Source: Vicinamibacteria bacterium
Lineage (GTDB): Bacteria; Acidobacteriota; Vicinamibacteria; Vicinamibacterales; JAENWD01
Assembly (NCBI GenBank): GCA_963800785.1
Contig: CAWDCH010000019.1
Span: forward strand, 234,088 to 298,087
Direction of reading: 5' to 3'
Length of the DNA: 64,000 nt
Within the stretch, counting starts at the first letter, position 1. Each line of letters starts with the position of its first letter. Of this stretch, positions 60,191 to 64,000 are shown piece after piece. A program made the translations under genes and the position numbers. The notes below the pieces were generated by a model. The model did not search any database. It had not been told where the DNA came from and was given only the letters and a program-made list of their open reading frames with translations.

Positions 60191-60628
60191 ATGCTGTTGT
60201 TGGCGGCGGTGGCGGCGCTGGTGTTCACATCCGCGGCGGGCGCGCAGGCGCCGCCCAAGTCGGCCGAGGCGGGAAAAACAACCTGGTTCTTCTACACGGT
60301 GAAATGGGGTCACCAGGACGAGTTCCTGGATCTCTTTCAGAAGAATCACTATCCGGTATTGAAGGCGCTGCGCGATGCCGGTGTGTACAAGAGTGTTCGG
60401 ACCTACGTCCCGACGAACCATGGCGACGGCCGCGCCGATTGGACGTTCGCGGTGGAATTGACGCAGCCGCCGAATCCCTCCGAGGTCGACGAGCCAGCGC
60501 TCGTTCGCAAGCTGTTTCCCGATCAGGCGACCTTCCAAAAGGAAGAGCAGCGTCGGTTCGAGATTCTCGCGGCCCATTGGGACGTGCCGCTGAACGTCAT
60601 CGATTTCGATGCGAGGAAGCCCCAATAG
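60191..60628 (+). CDS. Secreted hypothetical protein
   Basis: Signal peptide; YTVKWGHQDEFLDLFQKNHYP...RRFEILAAHWD; start may be GTG 60182. Confidence 0.7.
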   Translation: MLLLAAVAALVFTSAAGAQAPPKSAEAGKTTWFFYTVKWGHQDEFLDLFQKNHYPVLKALRDAGVYKSVRTYVPTNHGDGRADWTFAVELTQPPNPSEVDEPALVRKLFPDQATFQKEEQRRFEILAAHWDVPLNVIDFDARKPQ

Positions 60629-60631
60629 TCG

Positions 60632-61708
60632 ATGGCTTTGACCGATCTGGGCTGGCATGCCGGCCTCGACCCCGCGTTCGAAGCGTTTGCCGCCGCAGGG
60701 CTCGAGCCCGCGCGCGTCGCGGTCGCGTACGGCGCGACGTTTCGGGTCTATACCCGCGACGGCGAAGAGCTTGCCGACCTGGCGGGACGGCTGCGCCACG
60801 AGGCGACCGGCCGGCGCGACCTGCCGGCGGTGGGCGACTGGGTTGCGGTCAAGCGCACGACGATCGAGGGTGGCCGTGCAACCATCCACGGCGTGCTCCC
60901 GCGCAAGAGCCTGTTTTCACGGAAGGTCGCGGGTCAGGAGACGAGCGAGCAGGTGATGGCGGCGAACGTGGACACCGCCTTCCTGATCACGGGGCTCGAT
61001 GGCGATTTCAACGTGCGGCGGATCGAGCGGTATCTCGTGATGACCTGGGAAAGCGGTGCCGCGCCAGTCATCGTGCTGAACAAGGCGGACGTTGCGGACG
61101 ACCTGGACGCACGGCTCGACGAGGCGCGCGCGGTCGCCAGGAGTGTGCCCATTCACCCGATCAGCGCGCGCGATCAGACAGGTCTCGACGCGCTCGACCA
61201 GTATCTGCGGCCCGGGCAGACGATCGCCGTGCTCGGCTCGTCGGGCGTCGGCAAGTCCACTTTGATCAACCGGTTCTTGGGCGCTGATCGGCTGCGCACG
61301 CGCGAAGTCCGTGAAAGCGACGATCGCGGCAGGCACACCACGACCCATCGGGAGCTGGTACGACTGCCTGGCGGGGCGCTGCTGATCGATACGCCTGGCA
61401 TGCGGGAGCTGCAGTTGTGGTCGGCCGAGACGGGTGTCGCCGAAACCTTCGAGGACATTACGGCCCTGGCCGCCGATTGTCACTTCGCCGACTGCGCTCA
61501 TGAGACCGAACCTCGATGCGCCGTGAAGCAGGCGGTTGCCGACGGACGCCTCGACGCGGCCCGTCTCGAGAACTATCACAAGCTGCAAAGAGAACTGAAC
61601 TGGCTCGCGGCACGGCAAGACGCTCTGGCGCAGCAGACCGAGAAGAAAAAGCTGCGCGCCATGTTCCGCGCGATTCGGAAGCAGGGGCAATCGAAGGGAA
61701 AGCCGTAA
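60632..61708 (+). CDS. rsgA: Ribosome small subunit-dependent GTPase A
   Basis: AVGDWV, NKAD, GSSGVGKSTLIN, GRHTT, DTPG, C.F.DC.H..EP.CAV. Confidence 0.97.
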   Translation: MALTDLGWHAGLDPAFEAFAAAGLEPARVAVAYGATFRVYTRDGEELADLAGRLRHEATGRRDLPAVGDWVAVKRTTIEGGRATIHGVLPRKSLFSRKVAGQETSEQVMAANVDTAFLITGLDGDFNVRRIERYLVMTWESGAAPVIVLNKADVADDLDARLDEARAVARSVPIHPISARDQTGLDALDQYLRPGQTIAVLGSSGVGKSTLINRFLGADRLRTREVRESDDRGRHTTTHRELVRLPGGALLIDTPGMRELQLWSAETGVAETFEDITALAADCHFADCAHETEPRCAVKQAVADGRLDAARLENYHKLQRELNWLAARQDALAQQTEKKKLRAMFRAIRKQGQSKGKP

Positions 61709-61710
61709 CC

Positions 61711-62472
61711 GTGCATGCCGGAACACGGGCGACGATCGCCCGGCCCTCTCGCGTTCAGCTGATGGTCACGTGTCTCGTCGACAGCGTCGCGCCCGACGTT
61801 GGGTTTGCGGTTGTCCGGGTGCTCGAACGGGCGGGCGTTCAGGTCGAGGTGCCGGAAGACCAGACGTGCTGCGGCCAGCCGGCGTTCAATGCCGGCTGCT
61901 GGGACGATGCGCGAGCGATGGCGAGGCACACGGTGGACGTCTTCAGCCGGAGCGAGGCGCCTGTCGTCGTGCCCTCCGGATCATGCGGCGACATGGTGAT
62001 CCATCAGGCTGCGCACCTCCTCGCCGACGACCCCGATTACGCCGACCGTGCAAAAACGCTCGCCGGCCGGACCTACGAGCTGACGGCATTCCTGGTCGAT
62101 GTGCTCGGCATTGCCGACATTGGCGCCCGCTTCGACGGCCGCCTGACATATCACCCCGCCTGTCATGGGCTCCGCGGCCTGGGTCTGAGTGCCCAGCCCC
62201 GCGCGCTCGTCGAGGGTGTCCGCGGCGCTCAGATTTGCCAGTTGCCCGAGGCGGAGACGTGCTGTGGTTTTGGAGGGTTGTTCGCGCTGAAGATGGCGGA
62301 CATTTCCAGCAGTCTGCTGTCGCGGAAGCTCGCGAACATCGAAGCCAGCGGCGCCGACACCGTGGTCGCGACAGATATCAGTTGCCTGCTGCACATTGGC
62401 GGCGGCCTGAAACGACAGGGCAGCCCCATCCAGGTGAAGCACCTCGCCGAAATACTGGCGAGGGAGGAGTAG
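61711..62472 (+). CDS. lutA: Lactate utilization protein A (CCG Fe-S)
   Basis: TCLVD, QTCCGQPAFN, PSGSC, YHPACH, CCGFGG. Confidence 0.9.
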   Translation: MHAGTRATIARPSRVQLMVTCLVDSVAPDVGFAVVRVLERAGVQVEVPEDQTCCGQPAFNAGCWDDARAMARHTVDVFSRSEAPVVVPSGSCGDMVIHQAAHLLADDPDYADRAKTLAGRTYELTAFLVDVLGIADIGARFDGRLTYHPACHGLRGLGLSAQPRALVEGVRGAQICQLPEAETCCGFGGLFALKMADISSSLLSRKLANIEASGADTVVATDISCLLHIGGGLKRQGSPIQVKHLAEILAREE

Positions 62473-62491
62473 GGGCGCACTGCGCGCGCCC

Positions 62492-63931
62492 ATGACGAGA
62501 CACATGGCAACCGTTCCGGCGAATTTCTACCAGCGTGTCGACCGCGCGCTCAAGGACCCTGCCATGCGCGCGGCGATGAAACGCGCGACGACACGGCTCG
62601 TGTCGGGTCGCGAGGCCGGCTTCGGCGGATTTCCGCAGGCCGACCAGGTTCGCGATCATGCGCGTGCGATCCGCGCGCACACAATCGCCCGCCTCGACCA
62701 CTACCTCGCGCAATTCGATCACGCCGTGCGTGCCCGTGGAGGGCATGTGCACTGGGCGGTCGCGGCGAGCGATGCCGTCTCGATCGTCGCAGACATCGCC
62801 CGGCAGCATGGGGCGAAGACCGCGGTGAAATCGAAGTCGATGGTCAGCGAGGAGATCGAGTTGAATGCGGCGCTTGCCGCCGCCGGCATCGACGTCCTCG
62901 AAACCGATCTCGGCGAGTTCGTCGTCCAGATCGACGGGGACCACCCGTCGCATATCGTTGCGCCGATCATCCACAAGAGCCGGCACGATGTCGCCCGGCT
63001 GTTCCAAGAGAAGCTCGACGCGACCGACGCGGACGTCGCCGACGTCCCGCAGATGACCGCGTTCGCGAGGCGCCGCCTGCGTGCCGGCTTTCTCAAGGCC
63101 GACATCGGCATCTCGGGCGGCAATTTCGGTGTCGCCGCCACGGGCAGCCTGTGCATCTGCACGAACGAGGGCAACGGACGTCTGACGACGACAGTGCCGC
63201 GCGTGCACATCGCGCTGATGGGGATCGAGCGGATCGTGCCGACCCTCGCTGACCTCGGTGTCATGCTGCAGGTGCTCGGCCGGAGCGCCACCGGCCAGAA
63301 GCTGACGGTTTACTCCAACATCATTACGGGACCGCGCCGTCACCGCGATGCGGTTGCCGACGACGAGTCGGACGGGCCCGACCATCTGCACATCGTCCTG
63401 GTCGACAACGGACGGAGCCGCTTGTTGGGAACCGATCTGGCGGAGGTGTTGTACTGCATTCGTTGCGGTGCGTGCCTTAACGTGTGTCCGGTCTATCAGG
63501 AGGTGGGCGGGCACGCCTACGGCAGCGTCTATCCCGGGCCCGTCGGCGCCGTGCTGACACCGGGACTCCGTGGCCTGGCCAACTGGCACGACCTGCCGCA
63601 CGCCAGCAGTCTTTGCGGTGCTTGCAGGGAGATCTGTCCCGTGCGTATCGACATCCCGCGCATGCTTCTGAAGCTTCGCGACGAGGCGACCAAGCTGGGG
63701 TACTCGCCGCGTTGGATCACGTCGGGCCTGTGGCTGTACCGTCAGGTTGCGACGCGGCCGCGCCTGTTTCGACGGGCGCAGCGCCTGGCCTCATTTGCGA
63801 CGCGCCGGCTCGCGAAGGACGGGTGGATTCGACGGATGCCAGGTCACTTCGCGCGATGGACGCGCACGCGCGACTTTCCGGCGTTTGCCCAGTCGACCTT
63901 CATGACGCAGTGGGAGCAGCGCAGGCGATGA
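62492..63931 (+). CDS. lutB: Lactate utilization protein B (LUD + 4Fe-4S)
   Basis: KSKSMVSEE, ETDLGE, NEGNG, CIRCGACLNVCPVY, SSLCGACREICPV. Confidence 0.95.
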   Translation: MTRHMATVPANFYQRVDRALKDPAMRAAMKRATTRLVSGREAGFGGFPQADQVRDHARAIRAHTIARLDHYLAQFDHAVRARGGHVHWAVAASDAVSIVADIARQHGAKTAVKSKSMVSEEIELNAALAAAGIDVLETDLGEFVVQIDGDHPSHIVAPIIHKSRHDVARLFQEKLDATDADVADVPQMTAFARRRLRAGFLKADIGISGGNFGVAATGSLCICTNEGNGRLTTTVPRVHIALMGIERIVPTLADLGVMLQVLGRSATGQKLTVYSNIITGPRRHRDAVADDESDGPDHLHIVLVDNGRSRLLGTDLAEVLYCIRCGACLNVCPVYQEVGGHAYGSVYPGPVGAVLTPGLRGLANWHDLPHASSLCGACREICPVRIDIPRMLLKLRDEATKLGYSPRWITSGLWLYRQVATRPRLFRRAQRLASFATRRLAKDGWIRRMPGHFARWTRTRDFPAFAQSTFMTQWEQRRR

Positions 63932-64000
63932 GCGACGATCGCTTCAGCATCATGGCCGCTGTCGCGCAACGGTTGCGCGCTGGCGTCATGCCTCCGTCGG
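63928..64000 (+). CDS. Probable lactate utilization protein C (partial)
   Basis: ATGA overlap with lutB stop, MSDDRFSIMAAVAQRL...; assigned by operon position only. Confidence 0.5.
   Translation, partial: MSDDRFSIMAAVAQRLRAGVMPPS

Overview
GC-rich bacterial chromosomal window. Gene content and repeat style suggest Acidobacteriota (Vicinamibacterales-like); this is inference. Most of it is housekeeping and metabolic: ymdB/hsp20 | dnaK-hsp20-groES-groEL, an rpoZ-like gene, gatCA, amrB/amrA, lpxD-M16 pair-lpxB-matrixin module, hom-thrB-thrC and asd-lysC-lysR (with an unannotated Thr/Ile leader-peptide attenuator), a RES/Xre toxin-antitoxin pair, acnA-queG-yqgE, typA, hppD-hmgA-fahA, pheA-ilvD-ilvB-ilvN-ilvC, rsgA and lutABC. 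The accessory segment at ~39.3-44.1 kb holds a degraded ldh, a MITE joined to an IS630 at shared CTAG sites, a FadR/GntR regulator, and a non-coding array of six ~197-bp units, each able to fold into a long hairpin and rich in GATC. At least five heptamer-repeat families and several REP-like palindrome families sit at gene junctions, sometimes as inverted arms and sometimes inside reading frames. Many genes look leaderless. Four housekeeping genes (lysC, thrE-like, acnA, ilvB) each carry one frameshift, probably long-read assembly errors. No tRNA, rRNA or CRISPR array was seen.
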